From: Burkholderiaceae bacterium
GTDB lineage: Bacteria; Patescibacteriota; Saccharimonadia; Saccharimonadales; AQU-01
DNA: 64,000 nucleotides
Assembly (NCBI GenBank): GCA_043788365.1
Contig: JAYVTZ010000005.1
Coordinates: 77,249-141,248, forward strand
Direction: 5' to 3'
In this document: one piece after another, positions 32,492-42,980 of the stretch
Numbering within the stretch: the first letter of the stretch is position 1
Layout of the letters: each line of letters starts with the position of its first letter
The notes under the pieces: model-generated
Told to the model about the DNA's origin: nothing
Databases searched by the model: none
What the model saw: only the letters and a program-made list of their open reading frames with translations
Program-made: the position numbers and the translations under genes

Positions 32492-35305
32492 ATGTATATG
32501 AGTGAGAAATCTGTTTTACCAGCATATCGATTATCAACTGAAGACGTACTGACACAGTTCGACACAACTACTAACGGCTTGTCGGCATCTGAAATTACAG
32601 AACGCCTGGTGCATTATGGCCCAAACCAACTACACACTGGCAAAAAAGAATCGGCTATCACTAAATATTTGAGGCAATTCAAGGACAGGATGATTGTTTT
32701 GCTGCTTGTCAGTAGCTTAATTGCATTTTATTTGAAAGACGGGCGCACCGGTGTTGTTTTGATAGCACTCGTCTTGTTTAACACCATCATTGGCTTCACC
32801 CAAGAGTACAAAGCAGAGCGCATTATGGAGTCGCTCGAAAAACTTGTCGTGGCTGAGGCTAAAGTACTGAGAAGTGGTAGATTATTGCAGATTCCATCAA
32901 CCGAACTAGTACCCGGAGATATTGTTTATGTAGAAGAGGGTGATTCTGTTCCAGCTGATCTCAGACTACTTGATGAGTCAGAACTCTCGAGCAACGACTT
33001 TGCCTTGACTGGCGAATCCAATCCTAGTCGTAAGTTCACTCACGTTCTAACTAGTGATGTTGAGCTCGGTGACAGGCATAACTTAGTTTTCATGGGTACA
33101 ACAATCGCTACTGGCCACGGTCACGGCATCGTCATTGGCACTGGGATGCAAACTGAACTTGGTCGCATCGCCAATTTGAGTCAAGACACTGTAAATGACC
33201 TTAGCCCCCTGCAAAAAGAGCTTAATAACATTGCCAAACGCGTCACCCAGGGCACGGTTGTCCTGTGTGCGGTACTGTTGCCTGTCGCCATTAAGACAGG
33301 GCTCAGTAACAAAGACGCCTTTTTGTTCGCCATCGGCATCGCCAGTTCGATAATCCCGCAAGGACTACCGGCCGAAATCAACACTACCCTTGCCCAAGCC
33401 GCCAAGAAACTAGCTAAGGCTCGGGCATTGATCAAAAAGTTGTCGGCTGTCGAAACACTAGGGGCAACTAGTATTATTTGTACCGACAAAACCGGCACCC
33501 TAACCAAAAATGAGATGACGGTTGAAAAATTACTAATCGGAAAGTCTGTTTACAACGTAACTGGAACTGGCTATGAGCCAACTGGCGAAATTACCACCGA
33601 CAAAGGCAAAGCCTTGCAGGGTCCGTCCTTAAAAGAGTTAGAAATATTTTTTGCGACTGGTGCCATGGCTAGTAATGCTCAGGTTAATGGTCCAGACAAC
33701 GAGCATCTAGGTTGGCACACCGTTGGCGACCCGACTGAGGGTTCATTGATTACCTTGGCGCGAAAAGCCGGTATTGAACCAACTGAGCTTGACGCCGAAC
33801 ACCCAGAACTAAAAGAATTTGCCTTTGATTCAGTGCGTAAGCGTATGAGTTCGATTAGGGTCTGGGGTGATGATAAAAGTCTGTATGTGTTTGCAAAGGG
33901 CGCGCCAGAAAGCATCTTAGAAAATTGCGACTCAGTTTGGGACCACAACCATACTCGTAAGCTAAGCAAGGAAAACAGCAAATTCCTAATGGACCATAAC
34001 GAGAGACTAGCCAGTGACGCTATGCGTAACCTAGCCTTTGCTTACAAAGTTTTACCAGCCAAGACTGACATAAATAAATTAACTATGGAAGAAGCCGAAT
34101 CTGGCCTAACCTGGCTCGGCATGGTCTCGATGATTGACCCTATCCGTGAAGAAGTCGTCCAGGCCATGAAAGATGCTCATAGGGCCCACATTAAGGTCTC
34201 AATCATAACTGGTGACTACGCCACTACTGCTCGTGCAATTGCGGTAAAGGCTGGGTTGGCTAACAAGAACGGCGACATAACTTTAGTGACCGGCCTAGAA
34301 GTCAGGTCTATGGATGATTCTTATGTCCTTAGCCTTATTAAACATGGCAGCGTCATTTTCTCACGCGTCAGCCCAGAAGATAAGCTCAGAATTGTCGGCC
34401 TGGTCAAAGATAGCGGCAACGTTGTAGCTGTAACTGGTGACGGTATAAATGATGCCCCTGCCCTCAAACGGGCTGACATCGGTGTTGCTATGGGTATTAC
34501 TGGTACTGATGTCGCTAAACAGTCGGCCGACATCGTATTACTTGATGATAGTTTTCATACCTTGGTTAGCGCCATTCAACAAGGTCGTGTCGTCTTTCAG
34601 AACATTCGTAAAGGTACCCTTAGTTGTTTTACTAGTAACTCGGCCGAGCTAATCGTAAACCTAACTAGCTTAGCGGCGTTTTCAATTTTCCATATTCCAC
34701 TAGCTCTCAGTGTCATGGAGATTTTAGCCATCGACCTGATTGCTGAGCTATTTCCAATCGCAGCACTCGGTTGGGACCCTGCTGACGGCGAATTAATGAG
34801 CGAAGTGCCACGTAATCCCCATGATCATATCTTAAATCCGGATTCTATTATTGACTTGCTTTGGTGCGGAATCTTAATTGGCGGACTATCTTTTGCTAAC
34901 TATTTATTGTTCTTTCATCGAGTCCATATCAATCCCGAAGGCCTAGCCTCAGGCAATCTTATACAGATGAAGGCTACTGCTATGACGTATCTAACAATTG
35001 TGCTTTGCCAGCTTGGCAACATCTTACAAAGACGTAGTCGTCATGGTCTATTTACGAGCTATCAATTCCATAACAAGCAGCTCTGGTTGGCATTATTGCT
35101 ATCTATGTTCTGTGTCTCTAATATTATTTATAACCCCTGGATTGCACCATATTTCAGAGCTGGGTCGTTAGCGTTTATTGACTGGCTATACGCAATCATA
35201 GCAACAATAATATTCTTGGGCGTTCGTGAATTCCAGCGCTACACGCGCCAACATAGCCGCAAGGCCGTAGTCCACTTGCACGCCCGAGTCAATGCTGGCA
35301 ATTAG
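32492..35305 (+). CDS. P-type cation-transporting ATPase (P2-like)
   Basis: Motifs TGES, ICTDKTGTLT and GDGINDAPAL, with ~10 TM helices. Start set at the ATG at 32492 (alternative 32498); the track TTG at 32456 lies within the promoter. Confidence 0.9.
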   Translation: MYMSEKSVLPAYRLSTEDVLTQFDTTTNGLSASEITERLVHYGPNQLHTGKKESAITKYLRQFKDRMIVLLLVSSLIAFYLKDGRTGVVLIALVLFNTIIGFTQEYKAERIMESLEKLVVAEAKVLRSGRLLQIPSTELVPGDIVYVEEGDSVPADLRLLDESELSSNDFALTGESNPSRKFTHVLTSDVELGDRHNLVFMGTTIATGHGHGIVIGTGMQTELGRIANLSQDTVNDLSPLQKELNNIAKRVTQGTVVLCAVLLPVAIKTGLSNKDAFLFAIGIASSIIPQGLPAEINTTLAQAAKKLAKARALIKKLSAVETLGATSIICTDKTGTLTKNEMTVEKLLIGKSVYNVTGTGYEPTGEITTDKGKALQGPSLKELEIFFATGAMASNAQVNGPDNEHLGWHTVGDPTEGSLITLARKAGIEPTELDAEHPELKEFAFDSVRKRMSSIRVWGDDKSLYVFAKGAPESILENCDSVWDHNHTRKLSKENSKFLMDHNERLASDAMRNLAFAYKVLPAKTDINKLTMEEAESGLTWLGMVSMIDPIREEVVQAMKDAHRAHIKVSIITGDYATTARAIAVKAGLANKNGDITLVTGLEVRSMDDSYVLSLIKHGSVIFSRVSPEDKLRIVGLVKDSGNVVAVTGDGINDAPALKRADIGVAMGITGTDVAKQSADIVLLDDSFHTLVSAIQQGRVVFQNIRKGTLSCFTSNSAELIVNLTSLAAFSIFHIPLALSVMEILAIDLIAELFPIAALGWDPADGELMSEVPRNPHDHILNPDSIIDLLWCGILIGGLSFANYLLFFHRVHINPEGLASGNLIQMKATAMTYLTIVLCQLGNILQRRSRHGLFTSYQFHNKQLWLALLLSMFCVSNIIYNPWIAPYFRAGSLAFIDWLYAIIATIIFLGVREFQRYTRQHSRKAVVHLHARVNAGN

Positions 35306-35347
35306 CTGAAGTTATTGTTAGGTACAAAAGTCCTATATAATAGGCTG

Positions 35348-35908
35348 ATGCAACCATCAAAAGTCATTATTTTCGTCGGTATGCCAGGTGCTGGTAAAAG
35401 TGTTTGTGTCGACTATTTAGTTACTAAAGGCTACCCTTCTGTCTACTTTGGTGGCATTACTATCGATGAGGTCAAAAACCGCGGCCTTGAGGTTAATGAA
35501 ATGAACGAGAAGACTGTTCGTGAAGAGTTACGCGCCACTGAAGGCAATGGTGTCATGGCTAACCGTATTATCACCAAAATCGAACAACAGGCGGCGGAAG
35601 GTCATCCCAAGGTCATAGCAGACGGGCTATATAGTTGGACTGAATACAAAATCTTTAAAGACCGTTTTGGCAATAACGCCACAATAGTAGCTATTGCTGC
35701 ACCACGCAAGCTTCGTCACCACCGACTAATCGACCGACAACTACGCCCATTCACTGACGATGAAGTCACATCACGTGAATATGCCGAGATTGAAAACATC
35801 GAAAAAGGCGGCCCAATTGCTAACGCCGACTACACTGTTGTTAATGACGGCTCGGCCCGTGACATGACTGACAAGCTCGACCAAATCCTAAAGGAAATTG
35901 ACTTCTAG
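35348..35908 (+). CDS. P-loop nucleotide kinase, dephospho-CoA-kinase-like (UPF0200-like)
   Basis: VIIFVGMPGAGKS is a Walker A motif; overall UPF0200-like pattern. ATG at 35348, 6 nt after TATAAT. Confidence 0.6.
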   Translation: MQPSKVIIFVGMPGAGKSVCVDYLVTKGYPSVYFGGITIDEVKNRGLEVNEMNEKTVREELRATEGNGVMANRIITKIEQQAAEGHPKVIADGLYSWTEYKIFKDRFGNNATIVAIAAPRKLRHHRLIDRQLRPFTDDEVTSREYAEIENIEKGGPIANADYTVVNDGSARDMTDKLDQILKEIDF

Positions 35909-36036
35909 GCTAGGCTAGGCGATGGTCTGTAAGCCAAATTGTTCCAAAATACGATGCTTATGCTTGTGTCTATGCTTGAATTACGCGATACTAGTCCCTA
36001 ATTCATACTATTAAGTTCGTGGTATTAGGAGTTAAA

Positions 36037-36495
36037 ATGTCGGTTGATAGGTTTTTTATGACCGGTTACGCTCAGGTCCGGCCGGGTTCAGAGTATGGCA
36101 CGTCCTTTGTGCCAGCCCACGAACTACCATCTATTGATCATGAATTAATGGGGGACTATCTAAGTAACTTGAGGGAATCTGGTGACAAAGATAGAGTCTT
36201 TAGAGATGCCGATACTAATTTTTATGCCCAAATGTTTTTGGGACAAATAGCAGCCAGCGAATATAAACAATATTTGCAAAGCAGATGGCAACAAGATGCT
36301 GTCAGCCCGCCGCACGGCCAAAATAATCGGTCCACTTCTGTAGGAAAAACTGAAAAAACCTGGCAGCCGCTTGATGCAGCCGCAGCCAGCCATAGTATTA
36401 AGATTGGTGATCTAAAGTCGGCTGAACTACTTACTAGCCAACCCGTTACACTATTGCCTGGCGAAGCTTACACTCCTAAAAGAATCATACCTTAG
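36037..36495 (+). CDS. Hypothetical protein, ~152 aa
   Basis: AGGAG lies 6 nt upstream of the ATG at 36037. No recognisable family. Confidence 0.5.
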   Translation: MSVDRFFMTGYAQVRPGSEYGTSFVPAHELPSIDHELMGDYLSNLRESGDKDRVFRDADTNFYAQMFLGQIAASEYKQYLQSRWQQDAVSPPHGQNNRSTSVGKTEKTWQPLDAAAASHSIKIGDLKSAELLTSQPVTLLPGEAYTPKRIIP

Positions 36496-36505
36496 CAAAA
36501 AGTGG

Positions 36506-36538
36506 CTACGACTATTTAATATAGTCGTGGAGTTTTTT
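36506..36538 (+). terminator. Rho-independent terminator for the 36037 gene, embedded in the last codons of convergent rpoD
   Basis: 10-bp stem CTACGACTAT / ATAGTCGTGG, loop TTAAT, then AGTTTTTT. Confidence 0.6.
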
Positions 36539-37645
36539 GGCGTCGCGGTGTTTGCGCAGTTTAGCCAGAGCTTTAGCCTCAATTTGACGAATACGTTCGC
36601 GGGTAACGTTAAATTCTTGGCCAACTTCTTCGAGAGTATGGCTCTTGCCATCTTCTAGACCAAAACGTAGCTTCAAAATCTTTTGTTCGCGTTCAGTTAG
36701 AGCTCCGAGCATGTCTTTGACGTGTTCTTTGAGTAACTGACTAGTAGCCGATTCTTCAGGACTAACAGTGTCTTCGTCTTCGATAAAATCACCGAGTACC
36801 GAATCTTCTTCGTCATCGCGCACACTAGCGTCAAGCGAAGAGATATCCTGTTTAATTTTCATGATGTGCTCGACTTTGTCGACTTCAATTTCCATTTCTT
36901 TGGCGATTTCTTCATTAGTTGGTTCACGGTTAAGTTCTTGGGTTAAGCGACGCTGAGTGCGCAGTAACTTGTTAATAGTTTCAACCATGTGAACAGGAAT
37001 TCTGATTGTACGAGCCTGGTCGGCAATCGCCCGAGTAATCGCTTGGCGAATCCACCAAGTTGCGTAGGTACTAAATTTAAAACCTTTGTCCGGGTCAAAT
37101 TTTTCAACCGCTCGAAGTAGCCCAGTATTACCTTCTTGAATTAGATCAAGTAGGTCAAGCCCACGACCGACATAACGTTTAGCAATTGAAACGACCAAAC
37201 GCATGTTGGCTTCGGCCATTTTGTCTTTAGCTAGCTTTTCACCAGCAACGACGCGCTGGGCGAGCGCCAATTCTTCGGCCGATGTCAGTAGCGGAATTTT
37301 ACCAATTTCACGCAAATATAAACGCACCGAGTCATCGGCAATGTCGTCGAGGTAAACCTGTTCATCGAGCTTAATCTCTTCCTCGTCCTCAGCTACCCAC
37401 TCATCTGTAAAGGCATCTGTGTCGGGTTCGGTAGCACTTGTAATACCAATACCTGCATCGGCCAGTTCGGTATAAAGAATATCTAATAATTCAACGTTGG
37501 CGACAACATCGGGTATGGCCGTAAAAATATCGCGCTGGTCAATGTGACCGTCTTTTTTGGCTTTAATAAACAATTTGTCTTTTACAGCTGTCAGGTCCAA
37601 ATCACCCGATGCAGCTTTTGCAGCCTTAACTTTGGCTTTTGCCAT
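36512..37645 (-). CDS. rpoD: RNA polymerase sigma factor RpoD (primary sigma-70)
   Basis: Region 2 ([14 protein letters not shown]) and regions 3 and 4.2 ([19 protein letters not shown]). Confidence 0.95.
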   Translation of the reverse strand: MAKAKVKAAKAASGDLDLTAVKDKLFIKAKKDGHIDQRDIFTAIPDVVANVELLDILYTELADAGIGITSATEPDTDAFTDEWVAEDEEEIKLDEQVYLDDIADDSVRLYLREIGKIPLLTSAEELALAQRVVAGEKLAKDKMAEANMRLVVSIAKRYVGRGLDLLDLIQEGNTGLLRAVEKFDPDKGFKFSTYATWWIRQAITRAIADQARTIRIPVHMVETINKLLRTQRRLTQELNREPTNEEIAKEMEIEVDKVEHIMKIKQDISSLDASVRDDEEDSVLGDFIEDEDTVSPEESATSQLLKEHVKDMLGALTEREQKILKLRFGLEDGKSHTLEEVGQEFNVTRERIRQIEAKALAKLRKHRDAKKLHDYIK

Positions 37646-39410
37646 TAATCGTCTCCCTATAATTTTTTAAGAGTTTATCTAGTTCTTTTACTTGCAATAA
37701 TAATGCGGCGTTTTTACCGCTATCGCCTTCTCGCATGGCAGCAGCCAGTGGCACCTTTTTGATTTTTACATAATATTCTATCAGTCGTACCTGCAACCGA
37801 GCGGCTTCGTATTGAAGCTCTAATTTCTCGAGGTCCTGATAGAGTTCCTCATACAATAATAACAGAATATCGACATATTCGCCACTATCACGAGCAAGTT
37901 TAGCTTTGTCTTTCTTATGGTCGATTTCGGGATGTTTGATAATATAAGCCATCATTTTTTGACCACGCTCTTCCGGCAGCATTTCTGGCAGAATTGATGG
38001 CAAATCGGCACGAATATCAGGGTTAAATAGGGCGATTGCTAGTAGTTGGTTCTGGGCTTTAGTTCTTTCGGCAAGGGCCAAATCAACCACAAAACTTTGA
38101 GTTGGTTTCTTGAGCGATGTCGGCCGAGAAGAATCGGTCGTAGTTTTGAGCTTACTGCGCAGTGCATCGACACTAACACCAATTTGCTCAGCGATTTTAT
38201 TGATATAGTGGTCTTGTTCGACACTGTCTTCCAAAGTTCTGACAACTTTTAGTAAGACATCACTAAATTCGCGCTTACCAACGGCCGAGGTTAGGTCTAG
38301 GCGTTCTTGGTACTGCTCAATTAGCCAATCGAGTGCATATTTATGGCTATTTACGGATTTGGACCATGCTTCTGCTCCTCCAGGAGATTTAATCAAATCG
38401 TCGGGGTCTTTGCCGCCTGGGATATCGATAATACCCAGTGATACTTCTGCTCTTCCGGCGATCGGAATCGCTCGTTCAGTCGCAGCAATACCCGCGTTGT
38501 CTTGATCAAATGCCAGTCTAACATCGTGCGTAAAACGGCCGAGGGCTTTTAAGTGCATTTCTGTCATCGCTGTCCCAGCTGTGGCTACAACCTGAGTTAC
38601 CCCAGCCTGATGACTCGCAATCACATCCAGGTTCCCCTCCACAACAACCACATATTTATTGACACGAATCGCCTCTTTGGCTAGGTGCAGCCCGAAAACG
38701 TGACGGCTTTTGTCATACACAACGGTTTGCGGTGTATTTATATACTTCGGTGCCTTCGGATCATCGACCAGAATTCTAGATGTAAAGCCTATAATCCGAC
38801 CCTGTGCATCGGCTAGCGGAATCATAATTCGGCCCCTAAACATATCACTAATACCCGAATATCGCTTGCTGGTCAGGCCAGCAGCTTTAAGCTCCACCTC
38901 GCTGAAACCTTTTGACTTCATAAAAGTTATTAGAGCTATATCACTGTCGGGAGCGTAACCAATCCGAAAAGCTAGAGCCGTTTCTTTGCTAAACTGACGC
39001 TTTTTTAAGATATATTCAAGGGCTGTCTTGTTTTTACTAAAATGGACTTGATAAAACTTAGTCGCTAGCTCAAGTGCCTGATAAACACGTTCTTTCTCTT
39101 GCCCTCGCGTACCCGACTGTTCGTTACGGTAAAGACTGAGGTCAACACCGGCTTGGCGAGCCAATAACTCTAGTGCGCCCTTAAAATCCAGTCCTTCCAT
39201 CTCCATGACAAAGCTGAACATGTTACCACCCTTGCCGGAACTAAAGTCATGCCAAATTTGCTTTTCGGGGCTAACAACAAAGCTAGGAGTTTTTTCGTTG
39301 CCAAACGGACTCAGCCCCTTAAAATTCCGACCGGTACGTTTAAGAGCTACGTATCGACCGATTACGTCTTCAATATTGAGCCTTCCCTTGATGTCTTCAA
39401 CAGCATCCAT
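37626..39410 (-). CDS. dnaG: DNA primase DnaG (zinc-ligand residues substituted)
   Basis: TOPRIM core (EGNLDVI, DQDNAG). The N-terminal zf-CHC2-like segment reads [11 protein letters not shown]...HDFSSGKGG. Overlaps rpoD by 20 nt. Confidence 0.9.
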   Translation of the reverse strand: MDAVEDIKGRLNIEDVIGRYVALKRTGRNFKGLSPFGNEKTPSFVVSPEKQIWHDFSSGKGGNMFSFVMEMEGLDFKGALELLARQAGVDLSLYRNEQSGTRGQEKERVYQALELATKFYQVHFSKNKTALEYILKKRQFSKETALAFRIGYAPDSDIALITFMKSKGFSEVELKAAGLTSKRYSGISDMFRGRIMIPLADAQGRIIGFTSRILVDDPKAPKYINTPQTVVYDKSRHVFGLHLAKEAIRVNKYVVVVEGNLDVIASHQAGVTQVVATAGTAMTEMHLKALGRFTHDVRLAFDQDNAGIAATERAIPIAGRAEVSLGIIDIPGGKDPDDLIKSPGGAEAWSKSVNSHKYALDWLIEQYQERLDLTSAVGKREFSDVLLKVVRTLEDSVEQDHYINKIAEQIGVSVDALRSKLKTTTDSSRPTSLKKPTQSFVVDLALAERTKAQNQLLAIALFNPDIRADLPSILPEMLPEERGQKMMAYIIKHPEIDHKKDKAKLARDSGEYVDILLLLYEELYQDLEKLELQYEAARLQVRLIEYYVKIKKVPLAAAMREGDSGKNAALLLQVKELDKLLKNYRETINGKSQS

Positions 39411-39513
39411 TAGTAATAGTATCTAGCAGACTAGAGTAACTGGCAAGGATGAGCGCGATCGCCACATAACTCTAACTTGCTAGTTGTTGCTCACTACTTG
39501 TAAAATAATGCTT

Positions 39514-40143
39514 ATGCAACCCAACATGTCATATCAGACACCAATATCCCCTAGCCCACAGCAAAACCCATACGATTTTTTGATTAATGGCGGCCAGCCC
39601 GAAAAAAAGGCTAGCTCTGGTAATTCAAAGCAACGAACTATATTCATGATAATCGGAATTATGCTGGTCATACTAGCAGGCCTATTGTTCTACTCTTTTA
39701 CCGCCAATAACAGCAAAAGTGACAGTCAAGCTTTGATTGATATTGGAGCCGAACAGACTGAAGTAGTTCGTGTAGCTACACAGGCCGATGGTCGCGCTAG
39801 GAGTAGTGGTAGTAAAAATTTATCAATCAATACCAGCCTAATCACCAAAACTGACTTAAAAATAATTACTGACATATTGAAAAAACGAGGCGTAACCATT
39901 CCACCCAAGGCGCTAGATGCCAGAAAAAGCAAGAAAACAGATACCGACCTAACGACTGCAGAGCAGAATAACGAGTATGATGATGTCTTCGACTCGATAA
40001 TGCTCAAACAGTTAGTTAGTTACCAGGATAAGGTTAAACTAGCTTTTCAGCAAACCACAAACAAGAAGGAAAAGCAGATTCTGGCGAGTATGAACGATAA
40101 TGTTGTTCTACTAATCACCACCATACCGCCACTCGCACAATAA
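39514..40143 (+). CDS. Membrane-anchored hypothetical protein (~209 aa)
   Basis: One TM helix (TIFMIIGIMLVILAGLLFYSF). The ATG at 39514 is 7 nt after TAAAAT. Start choice is uncertain (39526 also possible). Confidence 0.5.
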   Translation: MQPNMSYQTPISPSPQQNPYDFLINGGQPEKKASSGNSKQRTIFMIIGIMLVILAGLLFYSFTANNSKSDSQALIDIGAEQTEVVRVATQADGRARSSGSKNLSINTSLITKTDLKIITDILKKRGVTIPPKALDARKSKKTDTDLTTAEQNNEYDDVFDSIMLKQLVSYQDKVKLAFQQTTNKKEKQILASMNDNVVLLITTIPPLAQ

Positions 40144-40144
40144 C

Positions 40145-40486
40145 CTAGTTTTTAATCAAATTGTAGCTATGAAGAATCAAGCCTTTTACCTCTTCCCAAG
40201 GTAATTGGCCGGTCAGAATAACCGTGTTCCAGTGTTTCTTGTTTAGATGATAGCCGGGTAATACAGTTTCATATTTGGCACGCAAAATCTCTGCTAAGCT
40301 CGGGTCACATTTTAGACTAATTTGGAGTGGGTCAGTTTTTTCACTTATCAAAGCAAACATTTTGGCATCACTAGCTTTACCAATTTTATATACAGCCACA
40401 CCTTCGCCAAATGGGTAATCGAGTCTTGTGCCGCTAAGGCTAAGCAAATACTCTTCAACTGTTTTGTGATCCATCTTTGCCATCAA
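40145..40486 (-). CDS. MmcQ/YjbR-family protein
   Basis: LDYPFGEGVAVYKIG.KMFALIS...LKCDP...PGYHLNKKHWNTV is typical of YjbR. Confidence 0.75.
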   Translation of the reverse strand: MMAKMDHKTVEEYLLSLSGTRLDYPFGEGVAVYKIGKASDAKMFALISEKTDPLQISLKCDPSLAEILRAKYETVLPGYHLNKKHWNTVILTGQLPWEEVKGLILHSYNLIKN

Positions 40487-40527
40487 TCTTAGACTACAGA
40501 GTTAGGAGGCCCTAGTCAAAGCAAATT

Positions 40528-41688
40528 TTATCCCTGAACGTGCTTAGTCGGTGAGGTTTTTATCGGCTTTGTTTCACTTGGTTTGGTGGATGCGGCAAGT
40601 GCTGAAGGGCCAGCGGCGGAATCATCAGCCTTGATTGGGATTTCATCTTTTGAATTATCAGTAACAGTCTTGGCACTTTTGTTACGTGTCAATACAAGAA
40701 CTAATCCAGTCACCAGACCTATAGCTATATAGACGACTCCAAAATAGGTTAATAGTTTGTTAATGTCCGTTTTTACCAAGTTCGTGACTGTTTTAACTAT
40801 TGTATTTATAGCAGCGGTTGCCGAGTTACTTTGGTCAAGCTTGGTCTGGAGCTTAGTGAGCGCCATACTAATTGCCCAAACTTCAAGCAACAGAATTACA
40901 CCTACGACAACTAGCCCAGACATTACCTTCCTAACCCCACGTCGCCTATCTTCACTCACGAATATAATAATTAGCGCCGACAGTAATGTCAGTCCACCCA
41001 GAATCATTGGTAGCTGTTGGACTAGCTGATAGTACTGTGGTGCATTCTGATATTTTTGATAAAGCGGCAGTTTAGTAACACCCTCCCCAACCGTAATCGT
41101 GTCGGCTGTGATGATTGGGTTTGCTATAAAATCTTGACCAGTCTTAATATTACTGACTGTTTTTGCGATTTCGGCGTCAGCATTAAAACCTTTTGGTTTA
41201 CAGTTTATTTTAAGTGGGTCGGTCGAATCTGGTATTTGGCCCTTAGTACAAACAGGTATAGAAGCGAGTCTGTCACGACTATAGGCTCCAAGGTTATCAG
41301 CAAAAGTACCCTTAATGGTAGTTAAGTCGATTTTAAAAGTTGGTTTAGTGGTCTTGCCTTCTAGCCATGGTGTCGTGCCATCAATTAGCTGTTCAAAAGT
41401 TGACTGTATAAAGGTTGGAGTAATCGTTTTCTTAATAATGGCCTGAACGGCTGGATCGTCAAATGGCGTACTACTCTCGGCGTTACCGGCAACTTGATTC
41501 TGCTTTTGAGAGTCTTTGGCTTGGGCAATAACGGTGTCAACGACGTTGTCATATATTTTGCTGGCTCGCAATATAGTCTTGATATTATTCGGTTGCACAG
41601 TATTGATAACTGATGTAGTCATCGCCGTTGTGAATAGCAACAAGGTTAAGCCAGAGGCTGCTAAAAAAACAATAAACTTACGAAGCAT
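40528..41688 (-). CDS. Multi-pass membrane protein with a large extracytoplasmic domain, function unknown
   Basis: N-terminal TM helix plus C-terminal TM helices. Start set at the ATG at 41686-41688, 6 nt after TGTACAAT. Confidence 0.55.
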   Translation of the reverse strand: MLRKFIVFLAASGLTLLLFTTAMTTSVINTVQPNNIKTILRASKIYDNVVDTVIAQAKDSQKQNQVAGNAESSTPFDDPAVQAIIKKTITPTFIQSTFEQLIDGTTPWLEGKTTKPTFKIDLTTIKGTFADNLGAYSRDRLASIPVCTKGQIPDSTDPLKINCKPKGFNADAEIAKTVSNIKTGQDFIANPIITADTITVGEGVTKLPLYQKYQNAPQYYQLVQQLPMILGGLTLLSALIIIFVSEDRRRGVRKVMSGLVVVGVILLLEVWAISMALTKLQTKLDQSNSATAAINTIVKTVTNLVKTDINKLLTYFGVVYIAIGLVTGLVLVLTRNKSAKTVTDNSKDEIPIKADDSAAGPSALAASTKPSETKPIKTSPTKHVQG

Positions 41689-41766
41689 GAGCGTATTGTA
41701 CAATATTTCATTGACTAAAAGCTCTAGTAACTTGGGCTGGACCAAACTTATGTTAAAATTCCAATT

Positions 41767-41940
41767 ATGAATAATATGATGATTGCGAGTTTAGTAGCCG
41801 TTGGTGCGGGTACATGGGTGTTTTCCAAAGTTGTTAGACGAACCGGCGGCAATATGCAAACCAGTCTTGTCTCCGCCGGTTTCTGTGGCTTAATTGTGCT
41901 TATTGTCGTCTGGACAATGTTAAATAGCTTATTTAAATAA
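41767..41940 (+). CDS. Small membrane protein, 57 aa (below the track cutoff)
   Basis: Own translation: MNNMMIASLVAVGAGTWVFSKVVRRTGGNMQTSLVSAGFCGLIVLIVVWTMLNSLFK. TGTTAAAAT (41751-41759) lies 7 nt upstream of the ATG. Confidence 0.45.
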   Translation: MNNMMIASLVAVGAGTWVFSKVVRRTGGNMQTSLVSAGFCGLIVLIVVWTMLNSLFK

Positions 41941-41965
41941 TAACTAGCCGTTTAATACTCTTTTA

Positions 41966-41995
41966 TTGGCAAATTACTAACTTAGTTAGTATTAT
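41966..41995 (+). promoter_or_regulatory. Candidate promoter TTGGCA-N18-TATTAT with an embedded 7-bp inverted repeat (putative operator)
   Basis: TACTAAC tta GTTAGTA (41975-41991) sits in the spacer and overlaps the -10. The downstream gene encodes an HTH protein. Confidence 0.45.
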
Positions 41996-42080
41996 ATGGT
42001 CATGGATTTCGTTAATCCCTGTCTGATTCTTGGGGTGCGAGATATGTTTTCACTAATAAATAAGGGTTGGGTCTAATAGG

Positions 42081-42923
42081 ATGGATGAGAAAAGTTTGGG
42101 TCGCCACCTCCAAGAGGCACGTAAGGGCCGTGGCTTAACCCAGCAGCAACTGTGTCAAAAGTCGGGGCTCAGTTACTCTACACTGGCCAAGATTGAGCGT
42201 GGCGCCATCAAGGCTCCGTCAATTTTTACGATTCAGCAGATTGCTGCAGTCTTAGATATGTCACTCGATGAATTGGTTGGAATAGCAACCATCACGCACA
42301 CTAATGGCAAAACCATTTCAAAGAGTGGTATCAGCTTTATTTATTTCGACGTTAATGGTTGTTTGGTACAGTTTTTCCATCGCGCCTTCTCGAAACTAGC
42401 CGAAGAAACTGGCGCTCCAGCTGACCTAATCGAAACAACTTTCTGGCACTATAACGATGCGGTTTGTAGTGGCAAAATGCCGATGTCTGAGTTTAACTCT
42501 GCCCTTTCCAGCAAACTAGGTATGTCAGACATCAACTGGCGCAATTACTACCTAGACGCTATCGATCCAATCCCTGAGATGCATGAACTCGTCGCTTGGG
42601 CATCTGTCCAGTATAGGGTTGGTCTACTTACCAACATAATGCCTGACTTTATTAGTGAAATGCGCCAACGCAAGCTAATACCAGATGTCGAGTACGCCGC
42701 AATTATTGATTCGTCCGAAGTTGGTCACATCAAACCAAATCGCAAAATTTATGAGATCGCTCAGAAGAAAGCCAACTGTCCGCCAACACAGATACTCTTC
42801 GTCGACGACAGTCGCACTAATATCATGGCCGCTGAGCGCCTAGGTTGGCACGTATTATGGTTTGACGACTTCCGCCCAGAAGAATCCGTTGAACGCGTCC
42901 GTACGGCCCTAGAGCCTTCTTGA
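42081..42923 (+). CDS. XRE-family HTH domain fused to a HAD-superfamily hydrolase domain
   Basis: N-terminus LQEARKGRGLTQQQLCQKSGLSYSTLAKIERG is a Cro/C1-type HTH. The C-terminal half has FIYFDVNG (motif I) and LFVDD. Confidence 0.75.
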   Translation: MDEKSLGRHLQEARKGRGLTQQQLCQKSGLSYSTLAKIERGAIKAPSIFTIQQIAAVLDMSLDELVGIATITHTNGKTISKSGISFIYFDVNGCLVQFFHRAFSKLAEETGAPADLIETTFWHYNDAVCSGKMPMSEFNSALSSKLGMSDINWRNYYLDAIDPIPEMHELVAWASVQYRVGLLTNIMPDFISEMRQRKLIPDVEYAAIIDSSEVGHIKPNRKIYEIAQKKANCPPTQILFVDDSRTNIMAAERLGWHVLWFDDFRPEESVERVRTALEPS

Positions 42924-42980
42924 GTAGTGTTTAGTAGTTGGGTTCTCGTAGCGAATATGAAATATACAAAATACTAGCAA

